From positions 65,968,001-66,032,000 of the forward strand of contig NC_073382.1 of assembly GCF_028641065.1 (NCBI RefSeq): a DNA stretch of 64,000 bases, read 5' to 3'. Position numbers and translations under genes: made by a program. Below, one piece after another: positions 49,992 through 61,928 of this stretch. The stretch's first letter is position 1. Each line of letters begins with the position of its first letter. The stretch comes from Leucoraja erinacea. Taxonomy: Eukaryota. The notes below the pieces were generated by a model that searched no databases, had not been told where the DNA came from, and saw only the letters and a program-made list of their open reading frames with translations.

Positions 49992-51065
49992 GGTGACACG
50001 GTGGCGTAGTAGTCGAGCTACTTCTTTACAGCCTTATGGGCCTGTCTCACTTAGGCGATTTTTCAGGTGACTGTCGGCGACAGTCAAGTCGTATCAGGTC
50101 ACTAAAAAACCGGCGACTGGAACGGTGACTGTCAGAATGGAACACACACACATACACACATCGCTTCCTTCACCAGCCAGTTATGCAGGCAATCGGGGGG
50201 AGCGCTGTCTGAGTGAAATTCACACGGTGCAAAGCCAATGTGATTCAGACCCACACCACGATGAACAGGTAGGTTGGCGCTGTAATTAAGACGGTGAAAG
50301 CACAGTGTTTGGGAAGGGTCACAACGCCTTTAAAAGAGGGGAGATGGGGGAGATGGGGTGGGGAGAAGGAGTGGAGCCAACTTTTAAGAAGCCAGAGATA
50401 CACGGCTGTGATTAATATTACCGGTCGGTTATCCTTAGTTCTGAAAACTACTTTTAACATTTTTTTTTTCCAATGAGCCAATGGAATTCACCGGTCAGCA
50501 ACGGCGACGACCTACGACCTCCTGGTGACCCACTACCACTGGACCTACGTCACGAGAATTCTCATTACTCTCCATGCCGTCAAAATTCTGGTTGCCGCTA
50601 ATTTTTCAACATGTTGAAAAATTAGCGGCAATCAGAATGCCGTCATGACTTGTTGCGAGTCTGAGGGCACTACTTATGACCATGCAACACCGATACAGGT
50701 GACACCCCAGCAACCACCCGTGAACATGTGGCGACCATGTGGCGACCGCATAGTCTCCTAAAATGTCGCCTAAGTGGGACTGTCCCATTACAGCGCCAGA
50801 GACCCGGGTTCGATCCTGACCATGGGTGCTTGTCTATACGGAGTTTCTACATTCTCCCCGTGACCTGCATAGGTTTTCTCCGAGATCTTCGGTTTCCTCC
50901 TACACTCCAAAAACATTCAGGTTTGTAGGTAAGTTGGCTTGGTGTTGGTGTAAATGTAAAATTGTCCCTAGTGTGTGTAGGGTAGTGTTAATGTATGGGG
51001 ATTGCTGGATGGTGCGGACTTGGTGGGCCGAAGGGCCTGTTTCCGCTGTATCTCTAAAACTAAGA
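49992..51065 (+). mobile_element. tRNA-derived SINE split between its A and B boxes by a MITE
   Basis: Head 'acacggtggcgtagtagtcgag' at ~49996-50017; resumes 'ttacagcgccagagacccgggttcgatcc' at 50788 through the tail at ~51062. Confidence 0.85.
50037..50787. mobile_element. PIF/Harbinger-like MITE, 751 bp
   Basis: TIR TGGGCCTGTCTCACTTAGGCGA / TCGCCTAAGTGGGACTGTCCCA (19/22); TSD TTA (50034-50036 / 50788-50790). Confidence 0.88.
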
Positions 51066-51419
51066 AAAAATAAAAATACTGAAATTGCTGGCCTGGATCT
51101 GCTCTCTGTTCCCATCTGCACTCAGAGTTTGGACACGATATGGAGCCTACTTGCAGAGTATGGCTTTGCTGAAATGCTGGGAAATCTTATTGGTGAACTC
51201 ATACAAGTTCAAATACATGTTCATGAGGGTGAGTCCCTCTCTTTAAATGGAGAGGGGGAAGGGTAGCATAAGGAAGTTCACAAATTTTTATTTGTTTGTT
51301 TTAGCGAATATAACTAGAAGTAATCAAATGTGTATTTGAGGGACTTGATATTTTTTATTTTAATTCCTTAAATTTGTTTAAAATGATTTATGGTCGTTTT
51401 TGAATGTTTCCAAATGCAG

Positions 51420-51875
51420 CACTCATCCCCTAAGGCCACGCTGCAAAGAAAGACCTGGCAGGCCGTTGTCTGCAGGGGGAAGCTCAGAGGCTACCGAGCT
51501 CAGTCCTGAAAGTCGAGAGAGTTGAGGAGGAGAAGGCAGGAGTCGCTGGTGACGACGGACACAAGGAGTGGGCCGGCAGGAGAGGGTGTTGCCTCCAGCG
51601 CCTTCAAGGTCGGCTGCAGGAGACACCGCCAGGCCACAAAGGCAGACGGGTGAGGAGAGCGACATCGGATCGCGGGCCGAGTGATGGAGGAGGCCCTGCA
51701 GCTGCCTGGGGCATACCTGGGCTTACCTGCACCAGGGGTGTTAGAGTACATCCAGACTTTTGACTTTGGCTTTTTCTTTTTGTAAATCATGGTGCCAAAA
51801 TACGGAGACTTGGGCATGTGCGAGCTACAGTATGCAAGTATTTCACTCTGCAGTGCAAACGTGACAGTAAAGAAC
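51420..51875 (+). mobile_element. GC-rich non-autonomous retroposon fragment with a Rex-like tail
   Basis: Ends 'tatttcactctgcagtgcaaacgtgacagtaaa', similar to Rex-type tails (sense 'cactgtacctcggtaaacgtaacaataaa' at 39075-39104). Confidence 0.45.
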
Positions 51876-52491
51876 AATTGGACCAAACGCAAAATTTGCT
51901 CAAACACATGCAAAGTCTTTGACAGCTTTTCTTGATCATTTCAAGAGCAGAGCTTGTTCTCGGCTGTCCATGTGATTGTGTTTACTACACACAAGCCCTG
52001 CCTTCACCTGATGCATCACCAGTTTAGATCCAGACTTTACTTACAAGCAAATCGACGTGGAGGGATCAGCAAAAGATAAGAACACACTTGCTACCTGTAT
52101 CGGTGTTGGTTTAGCTTAATCGGTATATAAATCTTATCATCTGTAAATACCCGAGGACACTTTCTATTGGAAATTTCTTTTACAGCTCAAGGATTGTGAC
52201 AATATTTCCCTTATAAAATTTGTTCACTTGTTCGAGTCAACAAATATGCGCTGTAGAATACTTTCTTGTGGCCTCATGTGCATGTTCTTTTTTTGATCAT
52301 GAATCAGGTGGGCTGCATAGCCAGCAAAGTTTATAGCACTTTTCGTATATCAGTAATCATGATTTTTTTTTCTCCAGAAATTCACAAAACACATTAACCA
52401 TAGCAGTTATCAAGATATTGCACACGCACATCAGGAGACTGCATGGAACTGAGAATGGTTGAGATACATAAGAGAGAGCAAGGAGAATGCA

Positions 52492-52638
52492 AAAGATAGA
52501 TACAAAAAGCTGTAGTAACTCAGCGGGTCAAACAGCATCTCTGGAGAAAAGGAATAGGTGCTGTCTGACCCATTGAGTTACTACAGCTTTTCATGTCTAT
52601 CTTTGGTTTAAACCAGCATCTGCAGTTCCTTCCTGCGT
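52492..52638. mobile_element. Short Penelope-derived palindromic element with 12-bp TSD
   Basis: TSD AAGGAGAATGCA at 52480-52491 / 52639-52650; inverted arms. Confidence 0.82.
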
Positions 52639-53864
52639 AAGGAGAATGCAGGTAGGTAAGGGGTTTCTCTGACAGGATTTCATAATCTAACAATGCATTA
52701 AGAAAATATGATTATTTTAGAACAATGGCCGCTTCTAGAATGATTTAGAATATGTTTTTCCATAGTCCTCTGCATTGCATGGGGAATGGCAAAATCCCAC
52801 ACATCGAAGGCATGGACATTTATGATAGGGATAAGAATAACTCATGCCTGGAGGTGTCCAGACTGTGAAATCAATATGGAAATGCTAACAATTGCTGATT
52901 TTCAACAGGATACCAGTTTAAACAAAAACACGTGATATGTTTAAATTTCTGTGGATTAATTTTGTGATAAGCAGCTCGCTGCCAGTTCAATGCTGTGGTA
53001 AAGTTTATGAATACAGCCATATAATTGGAACGATAATTGGGTGGTTAATGTACCACTCCACCGCAATCCATTGACTCCCAGGAGCTTATCTGCTATTTGT
53101 GATTTACAGTTCCATGTTGCAGTCCAAAAGGATTATAACCCGTATCCAGGAAACAGTACCGTGCGCCAAAGTATTTGTTTGGAAGGAACGAAACAATAAT
53201 ACCAGACGTGAAGTAATCACATGAGTATTTTGCTCGTCGATCTTGCTTGTCAATGATAAGACTGGTTTCCAGTTGGTCTTATTTGCACCAGTGAGCCAGA
53301 GAAAATCTGCTTGGAAAGTTGGAAGTGATTCTCTCATTATCAGTTAGCCAGTTGATGTGCAATCAATGGAGAGTCAAAATGATTGTCATTTTATTCTGTT
53401 ATAGGATAGAGAGTGAACTACAAGACAAGATGTAAAAAAGAAAGTGATAAATGTACAACCATACAACAGCTCAAAAATGTTATGTCAAAAATATGCATTG
53501 AATTGATTCCATGACCATATTATATTAATGCATGATTTCCATGGGGTGCAAATCTCATGCCAAGATCTGTAACATTAGGAGTCAGCATCTGCTGTGTTTT
53601 AATTATTTCTACTTTCAACATGAGCAATTTCAGGAGCCCTAATCAATGATAACTGATGGTACATGGATCAGTGTTGTGACCACAATATTGTGGATTATGA
53701 TCTATATTGAAGACAGTTCATGATCTATATTGAAGACTTGGATGAAAGAATTGAGTGTACTGTAGCCAGATTTACTGGTGATACAAAGACATGTGGATTT
53801 TATATTGAGAGGAGACACAAAGAGCATGTTAAGAAATATGATTGGGTTAAGTGCATGAGAGAAA

Positions 53865-54812
53865 ATGAATGAATGAATGTTTATTGGCCAAGTATTCACA
53901 TACAAGGAATTTGCCTTGGTGCTGCGCCCACAAGTGACAACATGACATACAGTTACAGTTAAGAATGATACATTAAACATTAATAATAAAACATTATTGA
54001 TTAAACATGTGAATTAAATAAAATACCAGAGCAAAAGGAGGCTACAGGTTTTTGGTTATTGAGTAGAGCTACTACTCGTGGGAAAAAGCTGTTTTTATGT
54101 CTGACTGTGGCAGCTTTGACAGTCCGGAGTCGCCTTCCAGAGGGAAGTGATTCAAAGAGTTTGTGGCCAGGGTGAGAGGGGTCAGAGATGATCTTACCCA
54201 CTCGCTTCCTGACCTTTGCAGTGTACAGTTCGTCAATGGAGGGAAGATTGCAGCCAATAACCTTCTCAGCTGATCGAACGATTCGCTGCAGCCACCGGGT
54301 GTCGTATTTGGTGGCTGAGCCAAACCAGACCATGATGGAGAAGGTGAGGACAGACTATACGATGGCCGTATAGAATTGGACCATCATTGCCTGTGGCAGA
54401 TTGTGCTTCCTCAGCTGCCGCAGGAAGTACATCCTCTGTTGGGCCCTTTTGACTGTGGAGTCGATGGTAGCCCCCCACTTAAGGTCCTTGGAGATGATGG
54501 TTCCCAGGAACTTAAAAGACTCCACAGATGTGACTGTGGTGTTGTTGATAGTGAGTGGGGTGAGGGGAGCGGGAGCTCCCCTAAAGTCTACAATCAATTC
54601 CACTGTCTTAAGAGCATTGAGCTCCAGGTTGTTGCGATGGCACCAGGATGCCAGCAGTGTCACTTCCTGTCCATAGGCAGATTCCTCCCCATCCTGGATC
54701 AGTCCAATCAGTGTTGTGTCGTCCGCAAATTTGAGAAGCTTGACAGAGGAGTCAGTGGAGGTGTAGTCATTGGTGGATAGAGAGTAAAGGAGAGGGGAGA
54801 GTACACAGCCTT
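53865..54812 (-). pseudogene. Rex/Babar-type LINE RT 3' fragment
   Basis: LELNALKTVELIVDFR, FKFLGTIIS, AQQRMYFLRQL, DPSHPGH, LPSGRR, NSFFP; (gaat)n tail. Confidence 0.92.
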
Positions 54813-55659
54813 GAGTATGAGGTTATTCACTTTGAGGTTTTCACTTTAGAAGGAACATGAAAAAGCATTAAAAAAAATTTAAATTGTGAGTTTCTTTTCT
54901 TTTTCTTTTGGCTGCACCATTAACTAAGAGATTAGCTATTGGGACTTGTCACTGCTGGGAGGCATTGTTGCAGAAAACAATGAATCAACTAGCAGCACAG
55001 GTCTGGAAGAGGGATCCTTGTTTCACTGAGGGGAGGGAAATCCCAGAACAGTTGCACAGGTACATGGATACGAACGATTTAGAGGAATGTAATTTTAAAA
55101 TTATTGATATTCAATTAGATTTCTGGTAACTTTCATCAAATAAAATAATACACTGACACTGTTAGTCACTGAAATGATGTTGTAAATTAGATAATTACAT
55201 ATGGTGCAACGTATATATATAAACCTTTACGTCTTGCTATGTTTACCCTTCACAACAACAGTTATCCTCATCACATCAATCTCCCCTCTTTGCATATCGT
55301 TTAGTTTTCAAGCATCAATCAAACATTTGGTTCAACAGTTGGCATGGTTACTATACCATTTAACTCAGGTAATGCATTCCATGGCATCGCAGTCTTTTGT
55401 CGTATGCAAAGAATTGCTCCCCTATTTTCCTTTTCCAAATATCCAAAATCTAATTTTATATCAATGCCCTCTTCTTTCTTGACATTATCATTAGAAACTG
55501 TTTGTTTCTCTGTTTTCAAGGTTTTCATAATTGTATTCAATTTAATAAAGTTACTCCTTCCATTGTTATTCCAATGGACTTATTTGTCAACATTAAGCAT
55601 TTCATTGCATTTGGAGTCAACAAAGTGGACGCGTATCTGTGCAGCTGATGGGAAAGAGA

Positions 55660-57855
55660 GTGTAGGGAAGGTCATGTTTGAACTAACAGCGCAGGGGGAT
55701 GAGACCTAATGCAAGGAGACAGAGGGCCATAAAAGGACAGAAGCAAAAGGGAGGTAAGAAAAACAAACCTGAAAGCTTTGTGCCTTAAGGGACATTCGAA
55801 ATAAGGTGGATGAATTGAATGCGCAGTTAGTAGTTAAGGGATATGATATTGTTGGAATTATGGAGACATGGCTCCAGGGTGACCAATGCTGGGAACTAAA
55901 CATGCAGGGGTACTCGATATTCGGGAAGGATAGACAGAAAGGTAGGGTGGCATTGCTGGGTAAAGAGGAGATTAATGCATAAGCAAGGAGAGACATTAGC
56001 TTGGATGTTGTAGATCATGCTTGACTAATCTTTTGGAATTTTTTGAGGATATAGCAAGTAGAATGCATAAGGGTGAGCCAGTAGATGTGGTGTATCTAGA
56101 CTTTCAAAAAGGCTTTGACAAGGTCCCACACAAAAGATTAGGGTATTGACATGGATAGAGAACCAGTTGGCAGACAGGAAGCAAAGAGTAGGAATTAACG
56201 GGTCCTTTTCAGAATGGCATGCAGTGACCAGTGGGCTGCCGCAAGGCTCGGTGCTGGGACCCCAGTTGTTTACAATATATATTAATGATTTTGACGTGGA
56301 AATTAAATGTAACATCTATAAGTTTACGGATGACACAAAGCTGGGTGGCAGTGTGAGCTGCGAGGAGGATGCTCATGATAATATGTAAGAATATGGAAAT
56401 GGAAATTTGGAAATGGCTGATGGTGCTTGTGAGCAAGGTCGAGTTGGGGGAGGTGACAGAACACCAGATGCAAGAGGTCCATGTGACCTAGCTGGTGCCA
56501 TCGAGTCTGGATTTCCGGAGAAACTCCAAGTAGCTTCTGCTTTTGTGACACCTTGATGCCATTGAGTCTAGGTTTCTGCAAGAGACTACAGGTGGTTTCT
56601 GTTCTTGTGGCTGCTCTGATGCCATTAAATCTAGGTTCTGCTGAAGAGATGCTGAACTTAAGCCTGTGATTGGATTGAGGATTATCTGTTTACACTGGTA
56701 TTCAGATGCTAAAAGATTTTTGTATACATTGTTTGTAATTCAACAGACTAAGTGCTTAATGTATTTTGTTATCTGGAAGAAGTGATTGGTATGTAGTGGC
56801 GGCCTCCCCCATCGTACTTAGTGTCCCCACCTTTGTTTAGGGGTATAAAAGTGTATGTAATTTGTTTGGATGTGTCTTGTATTCCTTCTGTTCTGTGGGC
56901 TTGTGTGAGTGGATCCAAGACCAACCCTGCAGTGTATACAAATAAAAAAGGGCTTGGACTCCGGTGTTCTATTCAGTGTCTTTTACTGATCCAGACTAGG
57001 GGGGTAAATTAGATCTGGAATTAACACTATGAGGCTGCAGGGTGACTTGGATAGGTTGGGTGAGTGGGCAGAAGCATGGCAGATGCAGTATAATATGGAT
57101 AAATGTGAGGTGACAAGAACAGGAAGGCAGATTATTATCTGAATGGTGTCAGATTAGGAGAAGGGAAGGTGGGTGTGCTTGTACATCAGTCACTGAAAGT
57201 AAGCATGCAGGTACAGCAGGCAGTGAAGAAAGCCAATGGCATGTTAGCCTTCATTGCAAGAAGATTTGTGTTTACGAGCAAGGAGGTCCTACTGCAGTTG
57301 TTCAGGGCCCTGGTGAGACCACACCTGGAGTATTGTGTGCAATTTTGGTCTCCCAATTTGAGGAAGGACATGATTGCTATTGAGGGAGTGCAGCGTAGGT
57401 TCACCAGGTTAATTCCAGGGATGGCGGGGCTGACATATGATGAAAGATTGGGTCGACTGGGCTCGTATTCGCTGGAATTTAGAAGGATGAGAGGGCATCT
57501 TATAGAAGCATATAAAAATTATTCGAGGATTGGACAGGTTAGATGCTGGAAAAATGTTTCCGATGTTGGGGGAGTCCAGAACCAGGGGTTACAGTTTAAG
57601 AATAAGGGGTAGGGCTTTTAGGACAGAGATGAGGAAAAACATTTTCACCCTGAGAGTTGTCAGTCTGTGGAATTCTCTGCCACAGAAAGCAGTGGAGGCC
57701 AATTCACTGGATGTTTTCAAGAGAGAGTTTGATTTAGCATTTAGGGCTAAGGGAATCAAGGGATATTGGGAAAAAGCCGGAACGGCGTACTGATTTTGGA
57801 TGATCAGCCATGATCATATTGAATGGCCTACTCCTGCAGCTTTTTTTCTATGTTT
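55660..57855 (+). pseudogene. CR1 ORF2 remnant (endonuclease start joined to RT/3' end by deletion), split by a solo LTR
   Basis: YDIVGI.ETWL region; SGLPQGSVLGPQLFTIYIND, KFTDDTKLGG; RPHLEYCVQFWSP; WNSLPQ; 3' end 'gaatggcctactcctgc...ttctatgtttcta'. Confidence 0.92.
56376..57026 (+). mobile_element. Probable solo LTR, ~650 bp, inserted in CR1 RT
   Basis: Interrupts 'gaggatgct|atgaggctgcag'; TG...CA ends (left end could be 56384); TATAAAA at 56844 and AATAAA at 56941; TSD imperfect. Confidence 0.65.
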
Positions 57856-60099
57856 CTACCATTTCCTCCTGCCATAAAACTGCATGATCTGTTGCCTTCG
57901 GTAGTTAACTATTATTACTGCCCTCCTATTTTTATTTTCAAAATAGTACAAAAGATAGATGGCAAATATATGTATAAGAATGAGAGAGAGACACAAGGAA
58001 CTGCAGATGCTGGAATCTTGAGCAAAAAAAAAGCGCTGGAGCAGCAGATCAGGCAGCATGTGAGGACATAGATAGGTGATGTTTTGTGTCGGGACCATTC
58101 TTCAGATATTTATGAAAAATGCTGATACAAAATCTGATTTAACTTTACTTTTTATGCTCCATAGGATGCTGTCGTAATGAGTGCACCCAGAACAATTGGT
58201 ACTGTTGTCTGTCAGTGCCTTTAATTCCTAGCAATATTAAAGAAGCTTGCATCAGATTGCTTCATGCATAAAAGCTAATGCCATACCTTCTGTTAGCTGC
58301 TTTTGGACATACGTGTAATACTGAACAATGAAACTCTGTTTGATATCTGTAAACATTTTCCTTCCTAAGTTATTTCTTGATAAGCTATAATTAATTAAAT
58401 TCTCCAGAGTGAAAGTCCCTCTTGTAACGCAATGTTTAATGTGCGTGAAATTCCTTTGGAAGGCACTTGATGAAACTATTGAAAGTGACACACAAAGAAA
58501 TGTTATGTAAACACATTCAGCCAGTGGAAATCTAACACAATAACCAATCCAAGGCATTAAGAAGTTATTTAAGTAGTTTTTTCAATGTTATAGAAATAAT
58601 GTGTCATCAGCTAATATTCATCATTCTTTTGGTCTGAGCCCAGAGCTGAATTCTTCTTTGTAATCCATCTCCAATGGGACAATCCCCAATGGGTCCCTTT
58701 ACCCACTATGTGTGTGAGGTGACCCTCTATCCATTTATTTGCTCCCACTGAGTTATAGGCTTTGGTCTCTGCCAGGATATATAAAGCATAGATTTGCTGT
58801 ATTTCATGTTTTTTTAACTGTTGGAAAAACTCTTTGGGTGTTAAAGCACCACTGAGATTTCGCAGCTGGGAACCAGAAGGTTTCCTCTTGATAGCAAGTA
58901 TCAAGTAGTGCTTACCCTTGAGATCTGAGCTGCGATTAATATTCATACTCGCATAGCTTTTGTGTGATGTATTATTTATTATGATGATATTATTCTCAAC
59001 ATACTTGCTGCAAACCTGGAGACATTTAGATATTAACAAGTGTAACAAATTACAAATGATAGGAAGTTTACTGAATGGTTACTTAAAATAATATTTTGCC
59101 TTCTTTTCTAATTAGTACAAAACAAATGTTCTCACTGACCACATTGTGTGGCATTCTTATGTCCAAAACAATTAAAAGCATTTCTGCAATTTTTCTCCTG
59201 AAAGAGCACTCTAGGTAACACGTGGGATTCAAAATCGGAAAACATTAAATTAAACTCATTAATTAAAAGGTCTATATTTAAGGATAAGATCCTGAATGTT
59301 GCTGCCATTTATTTAAATTTTATAAAGGCTAGCATGCACAGACACAAGACTAATGGTCTTGCCAGAAAAGTAAAACCTTCTTTTAACAAATCAACATATT
59401 TAGTATGGGAGAGAAGCGAAAGGATTGTGCACATTTATTTCATCTAATTTTGGCTGGCACCACTGAGGTAACATCAAATTTCAATCCCCACCCACAGTTT
59501 GTGCCAATATTTCTGTGCCAATAAACAGAAATCTTAAAAACGGACTTTGCAAGGTTTAAAATGTCTGATCATTTTAAAGAACCCCACTGTTTTCTCCTGT
59601 TGGACCTCAGGGAAGATACCAACTGGAGATGAAATACTTTCTCTGGAAAAAAGGATAGGAAATCAGGGGGTTGTAACTAGAGCTAACCTTACACTTCCCT
59701 GCTGACAAGCTTAGGAGCAGCAAAGCCAAAATCCTGCATGGATTTGATCAGTGAATAGAAGATTTGTGGACAGGAGCACCTAATCAGAGAAAAGAAATAA
59801 TTCATTGGAAGTCAGTGTTGGCATGGATACAGCACTGGCCATGAGACAGAAAGCTGTAGCACTGGTAAACAACAGGTTTTTTTTCCAGAAACGATGGAAG
59901 ACTCGCTAGTATTTCTAAAAAGTTAATATCAAGGCCATTACAATTATTGATAGAACTATTAATAGCTGATGGTGAGGCAATTTGTAGCAATTTGTAGAAA
60001 GAGAAAGGGGGCAGTGGCAGTCTTCATGCAGCTACATACAGGCTGATGAACGGAGCAGATATATTGGTAAAAAGTAATACAAAGTGTTGCATTTTGAAG

Positions 60100-60642
60100 T
60101 GAAAAATAATGAAAGGCAATTTGGTGGCCTTGCATCCTGCGTGAAGTGGTAAGAAACTGCACTTGAGTTTGGTGGCCTTGCACCCTGCTTGAAGTGGCAT
60201 GAAACTGCACTTGAGTTTGGAGGCCTTGCACCCTGCTTGAAGTGGTAGGAAACTGCACTTGAGTTTGGTGGCCTTGCACCCTGCTTGAAATGGTAGGAAA
60301 CTGCATTTGAATTTGATGGCCTTGCACCCTGCTTGAAATGGAATTTCAAAGAATAACCGTGTCAACTGCCAGCCCACCAGCCGTGAGTGAGCTGCCAGCA
60401 CATCAGGATTGAGTGACTGAGCTGCCAACCCAAGAATCCATTTGGCCCACAGTGTCCATACTACCCCTCTGGAAACCAGTCCCTTCAGCCTACAACACCC
60501 ACAACACCCATACTAGCTCTCCAGAAAGCCCACCCCCCACTACTGGCCACCAATATTGGAATTGGTGGCGAGGTGGAATATTGCGATGGGGGACCAGCCC
60601 TCCCGTGTGAACATGGGACCCAACGGGTCCCACTTAAGCTAG
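60100..60642 (+). mobile_element. Non-autonomous Helitron-like element (copy 5, 5' end not visible)
   Basis: 48-bp minisatellite as in copy 1, then shared 3' module ending GGGACCC-aac-GGGTCCC-acttaag-CTAG|T. Confidence 0.75.
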
Positions 60643-61500
60643 TAAATATATATAAATGACCTAGATGTAAATGTAGATGGATTGATTAGTAAGTTTGCTG
60701 ACAACACTAAAATTGTAGGATTGACAGACAGTGAGGAATGCTGTCAAAAGATACAGCAGGATATAGATCAGCTGCAGAAATGGGCTGAGAATTTGCAGAT
60801 GGAGTTTGATCTGGGCAAATGTAAGGTGTTGCACTTTGGAAGGTTAAATGTAAGGAGCGAATATGCAGTTAATAGCAAGACTTAACACCATTGATGAGCA
60901 GAGGAATCTGGAAGTCTTAGTTCACAGCTCACTGAAGAAGGCAGTCCAAGTCGATAGGGTGGGCAAGAAGTGTAAGGTATGCTTGCCTTAATTGCTGGGG
61001 CATGAAAGTCATGATGTGCCTCTGCAGGACTTTGGTTAGGTTGCATTTGTAGCATTGCATGCTGTTCTGGTTGCTCCATTATAGGAAAGATGTGGTGAGA
61101 GTGCAAAGGGTGCATAGGAGGTTTCCCAGAATGTTGCCTAGATTAGAGGGTTTCAGCTGCAGGGACAGGTTGGATAGCCTTGGATTGTTTTCTCTGCAAC
61201 GTCAGATGTTGAGGGGAGACTTGATAGAAGTATATAAACTTATGAAAGGCATCAATAGGACAGCAGACAAAACCTTTTTCCCAGAGTGGAAATCTCCAAC
61301 ATTGAAGGGCATAGGTGAGAGGATGAAAGTTTAATGAAGATATGCAAGGCAAGTTTTTACACAGAAAGTAGTGGGGGTCTGGAACAGATTGCCAGTGGTG
61401 GTGGTGGAGGAAGATACGATAGTGGCATTTAAGAGGCTTTAGATGGGCACATATGGAAGTGCAGGGAATTGAGGGATATGGATCATGAGATCAGTTTAAT
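60643..61500 (+). mobile_element. Decayed CR1 RT/3' fragment
   Basis: YINDLD, ISKFADNTKI, KCKVLHFG, LRGDLIEVYK. Confidence 0.88.
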
Positions 61501-61533
61501 AGTCAAACGACGTACATCACAGTAATTCAGCAG

Positions 61534-61625
61534 GTGCTTCACTCCATATATGCTGCCGTACCCGCTGAGTTTCTCCAGCACTTTTGTCTACCTTCGATTT
61601 TTCATCATCTGCAGTTCCTTCTTAA
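61534..61625. mobile_element. Single-arm Penelope-derived insertion with 15-bp TSD
   Basis: TSD ACAGTAATTCAGCAG at 61519-61533 / 61626-61640. Confidence 0.8.
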
Positions 61626-61928
61626 ACAGTAATTCAGCAGTTGGGGTATTTCAACAATCTAGATTTCAAGGTCTGCAAAGAATAATAGAAGCAGAATAAA
61701 TAATAAATTTCAAAAGAAAATTATATAATCTTTTATTCTGAGAAATGTTAGGAATTCACACTGGCAGTGAACCAGGACTCAACCCTGATCTCGGGTGCTG
61801 CCTGTGTGGAGTTTGCATGTTCTCCCTGTGACCACATGAGTTTCCTCCGGGTGATCCATTTTCATCCCACATCCCAAAATGTGTGGATTTGTTGGTTTAT
61901 TGGCCTCTGTCACTTCCTCAGAGTGCGG

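Noticed and set aside
53104-53337. Possible exon or ORF in a unique block
   Set aside because: The frames I translated gave no recognisable peptide; no convincing donor/acceptor pair.
58611-59048. 145-aa minus-strand ORF in unique DNA
   Set aside because: No recognisable domain, non-ATG start, no splice support; compatible with chance.
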